Source: an uncultured Verrucomicrobiales bacterium (GTDB taxonomy: Bacteria; Verrucomicrobiota; Verrucomicrobiia; Verrucomicrobiales; DEV007). From it: a DNA stretch of 64,000 nucleotides. The position numbers and the translations under genes are program-made. Below the pieces are notes generated by a model. It was given only the letters and a program-made list of their open reading frames with translations. It made no database searches and was not told the origin of the DNA. The stretch lies in contig CALKOM010000006.1 in the NCBI GenBank assembly GCA_938091905.1, positions 44,009-108,008 on the forward strand, written 5' to 3'. Shown here piece after piece: positions 10,113 through 20,651 of this stretch. Within the stretch, counting starts at the first letter, position 1, and each line of letters begins with the position of its first letter.

Positions 10113-11537
10113 CTAGGCGAGGATATCGTGCACGACCTTGCCGTGGACATCAGTGAGGCGGAAATCCCTTCCCTGGAATCGGAAGGTGAGTTGTTCATGA
10201 TCGATGCCTAACTGATGCAGAATGGTGGCTTGGAGATCATGGACATGAACGGGATTCTCGATCGCTCCGAAGCCTAACTCATCTGTTTGGCCGTAGGAGA
10301 TGCCTGGCTTGAAACCGCCACCGGCGACCCACATGGTGTACGCGCTGACGTGGTGATCGCGCCCTGTGGGTTTGCGCAGTTCGCCCACTGGCGTCCGGCC
10401 AAACTCGCCGCCCCACACCACGATGGTGTTCTCTAACAAACCTCGTTGCTTGAGATCTTTAACCAAAGCTGCTGAAGCTTGGTCTACCTGCTTGGCTCGC
10501 AAGGGAAGTTCCTTTTCGAGAGATTCGCCGCCGCCATGCTGGTCCCAGCTTGTGTGATAGAGCTGAACGAAACGTGTGCCGCGTTCAACCAGTCGTCGGG
10601 CCAGGAGGCAGTTGTTGGCAAAGGAGGCTTCGCCGGGCTTGGCTCCGTACATGGCCAACGTGGACTTGGATTCCGATTGAACATCCATGAGTTCTGGGGC
10701 GCTGCTCTGCATGCGATAAGCCATCTCGTAGGCCGCAATGCGGGTGGCGATCTCCGGATCCCCAACCAGATCGAGACGCTGCTGATTGAGATCTGCTAAC
10801 GCATTGACGAAATCTCCCTGGCGCCGGTGATCGATACCCGGAGGGTTCGTGAGATTCAAGATCGGATCGCCACTGCCCCGAAACGGTACTCCCTGGTAAG
10901 TGGACGGAAGAAACCCGCTCGACCAGAGCGTGCCGCCTGCTCTGGGGCCGCGTGGCCCAGACTGCAATACGACAAAGCCTGGGAGGTTGTTAGACTCGCT
11001 ACCGAGCCCGTAGGTGACCCAGCTCCCCATGGAGGGGCGACCGGGCTGCGGAGAGCCCGTGTTGACGAAGAGTTTCGCCGGACCGTGATTAAACACGTCG
11101 GTCGACATGCCTTTGATGAAACACACGTCATCTACGATGGAGCGGTGATGGGGTAGAAGTTCGCTCAGCGTCGCGCCGCTTTGCCCATAGGTTCCAAATT
11201 CACGCTGAGGTCCTAGCAAACGTTCGTTCCCTTTGAGAAAGGCGAAGCGCTTCCCCTTCATCGCTTCCTCAGGCGGTTTCTGGCCGGAGTACTTGGCGAG
11301 TAGAGGTTTGTGATCAAAGAGTTCCAACTGGCTCGGACCGCCGGCCATGAAGAGGTAGATGACATTCTTGGCTTTTCCCGTTTCCGGAGACGCCTTTGGC
11401 TCCATGGGATTGAGTGCTGCCGAGGCCTTTGGGCCAAGCAAAGAAGCCAGGGCCACGGAGCCCAGCCCCACCCGGCAATCTTCGAAGAAATGCCGTCGGG
11501 TTAGCGTTCTTAGATGGTTTTGATAAGCAAGGTTCAT
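10113..11537 (-). CDS. DUF1501 domain protein
   Basis: AKNVIYLFMAGGPSQLELFD, LLARRLVERG, WGGEFGRTP, GRDHH, GRDFRLTDVHG; Tat-like TRRHFF. Confidence 0.93.
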   Translation of the reverse strand: MNLAYQNHLRTLTRRHFFEDCRVGLGSVALASLLGPKASAALNPMEPKASPETGKAKNVIYLFMAGGPSQLELFDHKPLLAKYSGQKPPEEAMKGKRFAFLKGNERLLGPQREFGTYGQSGATLSELLPHHRSIVDDVCFIKGMSTDVFNHGPAKLFVNTGSPQPGRPSMGSWVTYGLGSESNNLPGFVVLQSGPRGPRAGGTLWSSGFLPSTYQGVPFRGSGDPILNLTNPPGIDHRRQGDFVNALADLNQQRLDLVGDPEIATRIAAYEMAYRMQSSAPELMDVQSESKSTLAMYGAKPGEASFANNCLLARRLVERGTRFVQLYHTSWDQHGGGESLEKELPLRAKQVDQASAALVKDLKQRGLLENTIVVWGGEFGRTPVGELRKPTGRDHHVSAYTMWVAGGGFKPGISYGQTDELGFGAIENPVHVHDLQATILHQLGIDHEQLTFRFQGRDFRLTDVHGKVVHDILA

Positions 11538-11547
11538 AACAGAGCAA

Positions 11548-13776
11548 TCAATCTCGGGTCACAAATTCATCCAGGTTCACCACGACGCGGGCGATGGCGA
11601 TCCACCCATCGTTGGTGTTGTCATGGGTCTTGAAGTACTGAAGTAGACGATCGGTTTCTGCTTGCGAAGGAGGGCGACAAAGGCAGAGGCGGAAACACTG
11701 CTCGATCCGTTGAGCCTCAGTTAGACTGACATCTCTCTGGAGGCGCTTGGCCAGCGCGCGGACGAGTTCCATTTGAGCAGGGTCGTTGGCCAAGGTCAGT
11801 GATTGTAGTGGTGTGTTCGAACGTTCCCTCTGAGTGCACGTGGTATTGAAGTCCGGCGTATCGAAAGTACTCAGCATGGGGTGAGGCGCACTTCGATAGA
11901 AGAACGTGTACATTCCGCGTCGATAGCGATCTGCTCCCTTGGCTGTCTTCCAAGACTTTTTATTCTGGGTGAAAGCATAGACACCATCTGGCTGCGGTGG
12001 GTAGACGCTCGGCCCGCCAATCCGTTTTGATAACAGGCCACTCGCGGACAAGGTGAGATCACGAACGACTTCGGCTTCAACACGAAATCGTGCCTGTCTA
12101 CCCAGGAGGCGATTCCGAGGATCGGCTTGCATGAGATCGGCACGGTGATGAGAGCGCTGACGATAAGTGGCGCTGGTGAGGATGGTGCGATGCAGCGCCT
12201 TGAGCGACCACCCCTTGTCGATTAGTTCTGAGGCCAACCAATCGAGTAGTGCCGGGTGAGTTGGCGGCGTGCCTTGCATGCCGAAGTCGTTCTCCGTCTC
12301 GACCAAGCCACGTCCAAAGAATCGGATCCAAAGGCGATTGACCAGGACCCGTGACGTCAGCGGATGTTCGGGGCGAACTAACCATTCTGCGAGATCGAGC
12401 CGATTCCTTTGCTCGTCTGATTTCGCCAGTGGTGGCAGGCAGGCCGGGACATCCGGTTTTACCGCGTCGCCTTTGCGCAAAAAGTCGCCGCGAACATGAA
12501 CGTGGGTGGGGCGCGCTTTCTCAAGTTCGCGCATGATCATGGTTTGTGGGTAACGTTTATCCCAATCGCGGAGAGCTTGTTCTGCCGTTTTTAGATCTGC
12601 CTTCAGTGTCTTATCGTTCTTGTTCTTCTTGAGAGCTTCTTTCCTGTCTTTTACGCGCTTGTCGAGCTGCTCCCGTTTGTTGAGCGCGGTTTTGGGAGCG
12701 AGGCGTAGCTGGGGGTTTCGGCTGTTCCTGTCTTCGCTGGAGTTGAAGAAGGCGAACATCTGAAAGTATTCCGCGTGGGTGATTGGATCATACTTGTGGG
12801 TGTGGCATTGGGCGCACCCAACTGACAGGCCTAACCAGACTTGTCCCGTGGTATTGGTTCGGTCGACGGCGGATTCATTTCGAAACTGTTCTGGATCAGA
12901 GCCGCCCTCGGTATTGATCAACGTGTTGCGATGGAAACCTGTGGCAACAAGCTGGGCCTGTGTTGGTTTGGGCAAGAGATCGCCTGCCAGTTGCTCGATG
13001 GTGAAACTATCGAAAGGTTTGTCGGCGTTGAGAGCACCAATGACCCAATCTCGGTAAGGCCACATGATGCGGGCTCCATCAGGCGCATAACCATCAGAGT
13101 CGGCGTAGCGTGCCTGGTCTAACCAATGTCGCCCCCATCGCTCTCCATAGTGAGGACCTGCTAGTAACCGATCCAAATAGCGTTCCTCTGCATTTGGGTG
13201 GTCATCGCGTTCAAAGTCATCCACCGCATCTGGGCTGGGCAAGATTCCCGTGAGGTCCAGATGCAGGCGTCTTGCTAGAGTTGAGCGAGAGGCTTCCTCA
13301 GAAGGGCTGAGACGTTCAGATTCTAGTTGTCGGAGAATGAAAGGGTCGAGTTGGTGCCGTGTCCATTCTGAGTCTTTCACTTGAGGAGGAGGCTCACGTT
13401 GTATTGGGAGAAAAGCCCAGTGCGGTTCATAGGGTGCTCCTTCTGCTATCCACCGTTCTAACAAAGCAATTTGAGGCTCCGTCAGCGGCTTCTTCGTCTC
13501 TGGCGGAGGCATGAGATCTTCGAGATCGTGTGTGCGAAGACGAGTTACTAAAGGGCTCTCTGCTGGTTTGCCGGGAACAATGACGTCAGCGATTGCAGTC
13601 TCTCGAAGATCCAGACGCAGGTCTGCCTTCCGCGACTTCTCATCGGGTCCGTGGCAAGTGAAGCAGTGATTGGAAAGCAGTCCCCGAATCTCGCGATTGA
13701 AACTGACTGGCTCCTCCTGAGCCGTGATGATACGAGGCAAGAAGATCAGAACGATGAGCCACCGGAGGAATCGCAT
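11548..13776 (-). CDS. Planctomycete cytochrome c / DUF1549 (PSCyt2) / DUF1553 (PSD1) protein
   Basis: CFTCHGPD, YGERWGRHWLDQARYADSDG, CAQCHTHKYDP, SNTPLQSLTL; likely start MRFLRWL at 13776. Confidence 0.93.
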   Translation of the reverse strand: MRFLRWLIVLIFLPRIITAQEEPVSFNREIRGLLSNHCFTCHGPDEKSRKADLRLDLRETAIADVIVPGKPAESPLVTRLRTHDLEDLMPPPETKKPLTEPQIALLERWIAEGAPYEPHWAFLPIQREPPPQVKDSEWTRHQLDPFILRQLESERLSPSEEASRSTLARRLHLDLTGILPSPDAVDDFERDDHPNAEERYLDRLLAGPHYGERWGRHWLDQARYADSDGYAPDGARIMWPYRDWVIGALNADKPFDSFTIEQLAGDLLPKPTQAQLVATGFHRNTLINTEGGSDPEQFRNESAVDRTNTTGQVWLGLSVGCAQCHTHKYDPITHAEYFQMFAFFNSSEDRNSRNPQLRLAPKTALNKREQLDKRVKDRKEALKKNKNDKTLKADLKTAEQALRDWDKRYPQTMIMRELEKARPTHVHVRGDFLRKGDAVKPDVPACLPPLAKSDEQRNRLDLAEWLVRPEHPLTSRVLVNRLWIRFFGRGLVETENDFGMQGTPPTHPALLDWLASELIDKGWSLKALHRTILTSATYRQRSHHRADLMQADPRNRLLGRQARFRVEAEVVRDLTLSASGLLSKRIGGPSVYPPQPDGVYAFTQNKKSWKTAKGADRYRRGMYTFFYRSAPHPMLSTFDTPDFNTTCTQRERSNTPLQSLTLANDPAQMELVRALAKRLQRDVSLTEAQRIEQCFRLCLCRPPSQAETDRLLQYFKTHDNTNDGWIAIARVVVNLDEFVTRD

Positions 13777-14090
13777 AGGGGTAGATTGGCGCCGTTTCCC
13801 ACCGGGGTCGAGCGGGGAATCTAAAGGTACACCGTTCTCCCGAAAGGAGTGCCCGTCGTCAGGGGTGAGATCACGGCATCCACCGCGAGGACGCATCAGG
13901 GCACAGGACAAACGTGCTGAACCAAGTTGGGACGTTGGCTTTACTTTGTGTGTGATCTCTTCAGGCTCATTCTCGGTGATCAGCTCCTCGAGCTGAACGA
14001 CTGCCGTGGTGAAGAAAGGCGGCTTACTTATTCGAAACATGACTCCCGGCTCGGGTACCGCTACGACTGAACGGGCTGCCCTTTCTACAA

Positions 14091-15875
14091 ATGAAACTTT
14101 TATCCATCACGATCACTGGGATTGTATTTGCGGCATGCATCGTATCCTCACATGCCGCGGAAGTAACCCTGCCCGAAATCTACGCGGATCACATGGTGAT
14201 CCAGACGGATGAACCAATCATTGTTTCAGGCACGGTTTCTCCGACTTCCGCAGAACTCGAGATCAAACTAGCTGGGCAAACCGTGTCCGTGACGCCGCGG
14301 TTGTTTGGAGGCTGGACGGCGACCCTGGACCCTGTCAGTGAAGTTGGTGGCTCTCACACCCTCACCATTTCGGCGGAGGGTGAGGTGGCGCATACTATCG
14401 AGGACATCACCTTTGGGGATGTGTGGCTGTGCGGAGGGCAGTCGAACATGGCTTGGGATATGACTACGATCAATGACAGCGCCGCCGAGATCGCGAGTGC
14501 TGACTTTCCTGACATCCGCCTCATGGAGGTGAGTCTGCGAACGAGTAGTAAGCCTCTTGCTGAGGTGAAAGAGATCGATCAAGATTGGACGCGATGTTCT
14601 CCAACGGCAGTGCGCCGATTCTCTGCAGTGGGTTATCTGTTTGGTCGCGAGTTGCACCAGAAGACGGGACGTCCCATTGGCTTGATTCAAAGTGCTTGGG
14701 GCGGCTCCAGGATTGAAACGTGGATACCTGACACTGCGCTTCAGGGCAGCCCCTACACCGACAACATCGCTGGTCGCAATTTCGGCCAGCAACAACACAA
14801 GCCTTCTATCTGTTACAATGCTATGATTCACGGCCTGGCGCCGTTGGCCCTGAAGGGTGTCATTTGGTATCAAGGTGAGAACAATCAGACGCATCCGGAA
14901 GAGTATCGCAGTCTCATGGAGACGTGGATTGATTCGTGGCGGGATCTTTGGCAGGCGCCGGAACTGCCCTTTTATTACGTTCAGTTGGCGAACTATGCGC
15001 CAGGCCAGGATTGGGAACTCTTGCGCGAAGCGCAGACTCAGACACTCGCTATTTCGAACACGGGCATGGCGGTGACGATCGATATCGGTGCTTCGAATGA
15101 CATCCATCCGCGCAACAAGCAAGGTACAGCGACGCGTTTGGCCGCCATCGCCCTAGCCAAGACCTACGGCCAAGATCGCGTTTACTCGGGGCCACTGCTC
15201 AAAGCCGCAGAGTCTGATGGGCACAACATCACCCTTCGTTTCGATCATGTCGGTTCCGGCCTTGCAAGCGCTGAAGGTCTTGCAGGCTTTCAGGTGCTGA
15301 CCGCCGAAGGCCGGTGGTCGAAGGGAAATGCAAAGATAGTCGGCGACACGGTCGAGATTCCAGGTACCCTGTTTCGCACCAATCCTCAAGGTGTCCGCTA
15401 CGGATGGGATAGTGATCCCGTCATTAGCTTGTCTAACAAGGAAGGCTTTCCTGCCGTGCCCTTTCGTTTCGAATCACTCGATCAGGTTTATGCGAGTTGG
15501 CGAGATCAGTTGGTCGGTGCCGAGCGTCGACCTAACGAAGACGCCGATGGTGATAGCGTAAGCAATTTGATGCAGTACGCCACTGCTCATAGAGATCCTC
15601 GCATGGTCACTTCGAGCAATGGTAGTGCTGAACTTTCTTTCCATCGTCGTGCCAATGCCTTGGATGTTACTATCGCCGTGGAGCAGTCAGGTGATCTCGA
15701 GACATGGACCGAAATCTGGTCCTCAGGGCAGCCGGACAGCAGTGGATTCGCTTGGAGCCAAGAGCGTGCTTGGGGTGCATCGATGACGGATCGTTATGCC
15801 ATCACCTTGCCCACGGATGCGAAAACGAGCATGCTTTATCGGATTCGCTATGGTCTGAGCGAGGATGATCTCTAG
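14091..15875 (+). CDS. Sialate O-acetylesterase (SASA) family secreted protein with shared C-terminal domain
   Basis: GDVWLCGGQSNM, WGGSRIETW, GVIWYQGE, DIHPRNK. Confidence 0.9.
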   Translation: MKLLSITITGIVFAACIVSSHAAEVTLPEIYADHMVIQTDEPIIVSGTVSPTSAELEIKLAGQTVSVTPRLFGGWTATLDPVSEVGGSHTLTISAEGEVAHTIEDITFGDVWLCGGQSNMAWDMTTINDSAAEIASADFPDIRLMEVSLRTSSKPLAEVKEIDQDWTRCSPTAVRRFSAVGYLFGRELHQKTGRPIGLIQSAWGGSRIETWIPDTALQGSPYTDNIAGRNFGQQQHKPSICYNAMIHGLAPLALKGVIWYQGENNQTHPEEYRSLMETWIDSWRDLWQAPELPFYYVQLANYAPGQDWELLREAQTQTLAISNTGMAVTIDIGASNDIHPRNKQGTATRLAAIALAKTYGQDRVYSGPLLKAAESDGHNITLRFDHVGSGLASAEGLAGFQVLTAEGRWSKGNAKIVGDTVEIPGTLFRTNPQGVRYGWDSDPVISLSNKEGFPAVPFRFESLDQVYASWRDQLVGAERRPNEDADGDSVSNLMQYATAHRDPRMVTSSNGSAELSFHRRANALDVTIAVEQSGDLETWTEIWSSGQPDSSGFAWSQERAWGASMTDRYAITLPTDAKTSMLYRIRYGLSEDDL

Positions 15876-16057
15876 GCTATTTCACCAGGCCGCTATCGGG
15901 CGTTATGGCAGCTTTTAGTAGCCAAAGTCTAGGACTAGGCAGCCAGCCAGTGACCAAGAACATCCACTATTGTTACCCAGCAAATTCGTGAGATTTGCTA
16001 GCCTAGGGCTTGGATTCTACAAATTGCACTGATAAGGTGACGGTCAGCCCTTTGCCT

Positions 16058-19000
16058 ATGAAAAGACGATTTCTCTTCCCTTTGCTCCTTTTAGCGGCCC
16101 TTGGCCTTGTTGGCTCGGCTTCGGCGGAGGTCACGATCACTGAGTTGGCAGCCGTTAATCTAGACGGTCCAGAGGACAAGGATGAGGACTTTTCACCGTG
16201 GATTGAGGTCTACAACGATTCAGAAGAAGAGACCAACCTCAAAGGGTGGTATCTCACAAACGATCCTGAAAATCCTACGAAATGGGAGATTCCAAATCTG
16301 AAAGTGCCAGCAAGCGGCTACTCGCTCATTTATATGTCAGGGAAAGACTACGGCTCTCTCTTTAGTCAGGAAGTGCACGCCAGTTTTAAGCTTTCTACCG
16401 GCACAGATTATCTGGCTCTGGTTCAAGCTGATGGCCAGACGATTGGCCAAGCTTACGAAGACATTCCAAAACAACGCGCTGGATTCTCTTATGGGCTTGA
16501 TGAGAATGGAGAATACACCTTCTTTCAGATAGAAACGCCATTGGCGGCTAACAGGACTCCTGTTGCGGGCTTTGTAAGTGACACAAAGTTTTCTCTTGAT
16601 CGTGGGTTCTATGATGAACCGATTCAGGTAGAGATCACGACAGACACGCCTGACGCGATCATCTACTATTCGACGAACGGTCGGGAACCTTCTAAAGGAT
16701 CGCTCTTCAGTGGCCCGATTGAACACATTTATGAGGGGCCCATCACCATTGATCAGACTACCGTTCTGCGAGCGGCAGCTTTCAAAAAAGGGCTGGGGCA
16801 GAGCAATGTCGATACGCAGACTTACCTCTTTACGAGCGATGTGGCAGAGCAGCCGGACATGGACATGAGTTATGTCAGTGATTGGGCTTCTCAAATGGAT
16901 GCCGCGCTGAAGGCAGTACCAACGATTTCGATTGCCATCGATGATGACGAGCATTTGATCAAGCGAGGTCAAGGGCAGACACGATTTGAGGGCACGACGC
17001 TCAACGATTATGAGTCCAAAGTCTCCGTGGAGTGGCTTAATAGCGACGGAGCGGAGGGCTTTCAGACGGATGCCGGCGTTTCTCGTTTCGGGGGGTACTA
17101 CACCGATCATGGCAAGTATTCTTACCGCTTTCAGTTTCGGAAAGAGTATGGAACCGCGAAGCTGAAGTATCCTGTATTCCGCAACCACGAGAACGGTCGT
17201 GCACCGGCGGAGGAGTTTGATTCACTTAATCTGCGGTCTGGATCTCATGACATGCAGGCGCGGGGCGCCTATATGTCAAACCGCTTTGTGGATGATAGCA
17301 TGCTAGAAATGGGTGGCATCGCGCCGCACGGGCGTTTCGTCCATGTCTATATCAATGGCAGTTATAACGGGCAGTATCATTTGCGTGAACGTTGGAATGC
17401 GGCCATGCACGCCAGCTACTTTGGTGGGGATGAATCGGATTACGATGCGATCAATCGAAACGACAATTTCCAGCAGGATGCCAAGGCGTTTGATGGGAAT
17501 CAAGACTACTGGAAAGAGGTTGAGCAGCTAGCTCGGGAGCCGTCGCCATGGGAGGCCTTGCAAGGGAACGTCGATATCAAGGACTTCTACGAGTTCATGA
17601 TGGTTTGGTCGTCCGGCAATTCAGAAAGCGAGATGCAAGCGGTGGGCTCGAAGGCTCTAGGCGTCCCCTTCACCTTCTACATGAAGGATGCGGACGGGTG
17701 GTTGATCAAAAGCTCGCACCGCGGCGGCCGTGGACGTTTCACCACGCGTGGTCCTGGGGCGTTCAACACGGAGCTGCTAGCAGAGAGGCATCCTGATCAT
17801 CAGATGTTCCTCGCTGATCTTGTTCACAAACACTTTACCAATGGAGGAGCCATGACTCCGGAACAGACTATTCCACGATTGCAGCGCCGCGTGGATGAGA
17901 TTGAAACTTCGTTTATTGCTGAGTCTGCCCGTTGGCGGAAGTACAAGCCGCACGCCTGGTATAAATATCAGCAAGATATCATGGACCGCCACTTCTCGAC
18001 CTTGGCAGATAACATGCTAGACATGTTCAAGGGTATCAACGTCTACCCAGATGACATCCAAGCACCAAAGCCCAATCGGCGTGGCGGTAGGATCGAGCCT
18101 GGATTTGCTTTCAAAATGGCGGCGGGTTCTCTGTTCAGTCCTGAGAGAGGTGAGTTCTGGTATACGCTGGATGGTTCTGATCCCAGGCTTCCTGGTGGCG
18201 TTCGATCTGACACTGCCATTCAATATGATAGAGAAGGGCCTGGATTAGAACTCAATGAAACGGTGACAGTGAAGGCGCGGACCTTTAAGTCTAGCCTCTT
18301 TAGCAATGGGATCTGGAGCCCGTTGATGGAAACCACCTTCCATATCGGTAAGAAGCCTGAGGCGGGTGATTTGGTGATTTCGGAGATTCATTACCGTCCT
18401 GCATCCCCCAACGATGAGGAAATTGCTGCAGGGTTTACGAAGAGGAGTGTATTCGAGTTTATCGAGCTTTACAATAGGACGGACACTGTGGTGAGTCTTC
18501 TGGATATTGCCCTAACAAATGGCGTGCGCTTCGAATTTGCTGACGCCGAGGTCATGGATCTGGCGCCTGGCAAAGCGGCTGTGGTCGTTGCCAACCGCGA
18601 AGCCTTTGAGCATCGGTATGGAACTGGCTTGCCGGTGGCGGGCGAGTTTGCGGGGTTTAAACTCAGTGATAGTGGTGAGAGACTTCGTCTAAGCTTGCTC
18701 GATGGGCAGGTGTTGCAGGACATGCGATACAACGACAAAGAGCCGTGGCCAGAGGAGCCGGATGGAACAGGTCCAAGCCTCACCTTGAAGGACCCCCGGG
18801 TGATGGATGGCTATTCCCCAGCCGATTGGTATGCAAGTGAGACCGCTGGTGGGTCTCCAGGGACATTGGAGTCAAGCGATCCCGACGATGTCGATCAGGA
18901 TGGGGATGGCCTTACGGCTTTGATAGAAGAAGCCCTTGGTTCGAGCGATACGGATGCCGCCTCTGGCCCTGCCAATATGGCGATTGAGCATCGGGCCTTC

Positions 19001-19246
19001 GAAATTGATGGAAACACCGATAGCTATTGGGCTTTTGAAACCACGAGCAACGCTGTCGCAGAAACATTTGTTTACGAAATGGAAGTTTCCCCGGATCTCA
19101 AGGTTTGGGAGTCGTCTAATGCTACTTTTGAGCAAGTCAGTTCTCCCCAAGCTCCTGCAGAGAGACTGACTTGGCGGAGTAAAGCACCGATTCAAGAATT
19201 GGACGGCACGGTTTTATTCGTTCGTCTGCGTGTGACGCGGCAGTAG
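16058..19246 (+). CDS. Secreted lamin-tail (LTD) / chitobiase-Fn3 / CotH kinase-like protein
   Basis: ITELAAVN...WIEVYN...LKGWYLTND; FSLDRGFY; FVHVYINGSYNGQY; ISEIHYRP; LSDSGERLRL. Confidence 0.85.
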   Translation: MKRRFLFPLLLLAALGLVGSASAEVTITELAAVNLDGPEDKDEDFSPWIEVYNDSEEETNLKGWYLTNDPENPTKWEIPNLKVPASGYSLIYMSGKDYGSLFSQEVHASFKLSTGTDYLALVQADGQTIGQAYEDIPKQRAGFSYGLDENGEYTFFQIETPLAANRTPVAGFVSDTKFSLDRGFYDEPIQVEITTDTPDAIIYYSTNGREPSKGSLFSGPIEHIYEGPITIDQTTVLRAAAFKKGLGQSNVDTQTYLFTSDVAEQPDMDMSYVSDWASQMDAALKAVPTISIAIDDDEHLIKRGQGQTRFEGTTLNDYESKVSVEWLNSDGAEGFQTDAGVSRFGGYYTDHGKYSYRFQFRKEYGTAKLKYPVFRNHENGRAPAEEFDSLNLRSGSHDMQARGAYMSNRFVDDSMLEMGGIAPHGRFVHVYINGSYNGQYHLRERWNAAMHASYFGGDESDYDAINRNDNFQQDAKAFDGNQDYWKEVEQLAREPSPWEALQGNVDIKDFYEFMMVWSSGNSESEMQAVGSKALGVPFTFYMKDADGWLIKSSHRGGRGRFTTRGPGAFNTELLAERHPDHQMFLADLVHKHFTNGGAMTPEQTIPRLQRRVDEIETSFIAESARWRKYKPHAWYKYQQDIMDRHFSTLADNMLDMFKGINVYPDDIQAPKPNRRGGRIEPGFAFKMAAGSLFSPERGEFWYTLDGSDPRLPGGVRSDTAIQYDREGPGLELNETVTVKARTFKSSLFSNGIWSPLMETTFHIGKKPEAGDLVISEIHYRPASPNDEEIAAGFTKRSVFEFIELYNRTDTVVSLLDIALTNGVRFEFADAEVMDLAPGKAAVVVANREAFEHRYGTGLPVAGEFAGFKLSDSGERLRLSLLDGQVLQDMRYNDKEPWPEEPDGTGPSLTLKDPRVMDGYSPADWYASETAGGSPGTLESSDPDDVDQDGDGLTALIEEALGSSDTDAASGPANMAIEHRAFEIDGNTDSYWAFETTSNAVAETFVYEMEVSPDLKVWESSNATFEQVSSPQAPAERLTWRSKAPIQELDGTVLFVRLRVTRQ

Positions 19247-19258
19247 GCTGTTTACGAA

Positions 19259-20380
19259 GTGTACATCTCGATTGAGGAGTTCGACCGTGTTTGCAAGCAA
19301 GTCGTCTCTCTCGACGACTATCCTTGTGCGGTAGCGATCGAGCACAACGTTGTCATTTACTCTGGCGATCAACTTCGCGAGAGGATGGGGGACGGCGCGA
19401 GCGAGATCAAAGCCGAGTTCGCTGCCTGTCTCAAAGATGGTCCTGGTGTCTTTGCGATTAGCGGCGCCTATGCGGACACTTCTGTCATTGCTAAAACTAC
19501 GGACTTGTTTCTGAGTATCATTGGCGATGAGCGAGCCGCTGGTGTCGGCAAGGGTGATCATTTCGGCGCCAACGAACGCATTTGGAATTCAAAACAGAAA
19601 GCCTGTGAACGTGATCCTGAACTGTTCATCGATTACTACAGCAACCCGTTGCTAGCGCTTGCTTGTCAGGCCTGGCTTGGGCCGTTCTATCAAGTGACGG
19701 CGCAAGTCAACAATGTGAAACCGGGGAGCCAAGCGCAGTCGGTTCATCGAGATTACCATTTGGGTTTTCAAAGTGCGGACGATGTCGGGAGATTCCCTGC
19801 GCATGCACAGGTCATGTCCCAGTATCTCACCCTCCAAGGCGCCATTGCCCATGGCGACATGCCCCTTGAGTCAGGCCCAACGCATCTCCTGCCATTTTCA
19901 CAACGATACGAGCCTGGTTACTTAGCTTATCGTCGTCCTGAATTTGCGGCTTACTTTGACCGGCACAAAGTTCAGGTGCCGCTTAAGAATGGAGATATGC
20001 TCTTCTTCAATCCGGCGTTGTTCCACGGTGCTGGCACCAATGCTGGAGATTGTGACCGCCTGGCAAACTTGCTCCAGATTTCTTCCGCGTTCGGTCGCTC
20101 CATGGAATCACTTGATACGCATGCGATGATCTCTGCGGTCTATTCTACGCTGAAGGACCGTCAGGCAGAGGGCACGGTGACACCAGACGACGTTGATAAT
20201 ATCATCGCCGCAGTTGCCGACGGATATGCCTTTCCGACCAACCTCGATTCCGATCCTCCTATCGGTGGCAATGCGCCAGAAACAGATCAGCAACTGATGC
20301 GGCAAGCGCTCGGTGCCGAGTGGTCGCTAGATCGGCTCATGGATGCCTTGGCCGCGCGTGCTGAGCGGCGGCGGCCATAG
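19259..20380 (+). CDS. Phytanoyl-CoA dioxygenase (PhyH) family Fe/2OG enzyme
   Basis: HRDYHLGF (HxD), FFNPALFHGAG, LLQISSAFG. Confidence 0.88.
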   Translation: MYISIEEFDRVCKQVVSLDDYPCAVAIEHNVVIYSGDQLRERMGDGASEIKAEFAACLKDGPGVFAISGAYADTSVIAKTTDLFLSIIGDERAAGVGKGDHFGANERIWNSKQKACERDPELFIDYYSNPLLALACQAWLGPFYQVTAQVNNVKPGSQAQSVHRDYHLGFQSADDVGRFPAHAQVMSQYLTLQGAIAHGDMPLESGPTHLLPFSQRYEPGYLAYRRPEFAAYFDRHKVQVPLKNGDMLFFNPALFHGAGTNAGDCDRLANLLQISSAFGRSMESLDTHAMISAVYSTLKDRQAEGTVTPDDVDNIIAAVADGYAFPTNLDSDPPIGGNAPETDQQLMRQALGAEWSLDRLMDALAARAERRRP

Positions 20381-20407
20381 GTGGAAAGGCTATGAAATAG
20401 GGCTAGA

Positions 20408-20529
20408 TTTGGAGTGCTGTGACCTGGCACAGCTTTGGATTATCTGCGGCAGTTGACGCAGCAAACGCCTCCAACTTCCATCGTAATACTCCCGCCCCAA
20501 TCCAAAGGGCTGCCAGATGAGCGCACTCC
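20408..20529. repeat. Degenerate inverted REP-like pair (REPIN-like)
   Basis: Left GGAGTGCTGTGACCTGGCACAGCTTTGGATT versus reverse complement of right GGAGTGCGCTCATCTGGCAGCCCTTTGGATT; left copy has an internal GCTGTG/CACAGC stem. Confidence 0.6.
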
Positions 20530-20651
20530 GTGAGCTCATCGAACAACGAGCTAGCGTTCATCTCGAGTGCGCCTATTTCCGTGCCATTCGGTCATAAGCG
20601 CGATGTTCCAGCGGTCAGTCTAGACCATGGGCCATCTGGGGCTAAGGTGTA

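Noticed and set aside
13777..14040. 88-aa N-terminal extension of the PSD1 protein
   Set aside because: A signal peptide begins at MRFLRWL (13776); the extension has no recognisable features
14268..17188. Long antisense ORFs (284 aa and 283 aa)
   Set aside because: They lie fully opposite well-supported genes and show no recognisable motifs
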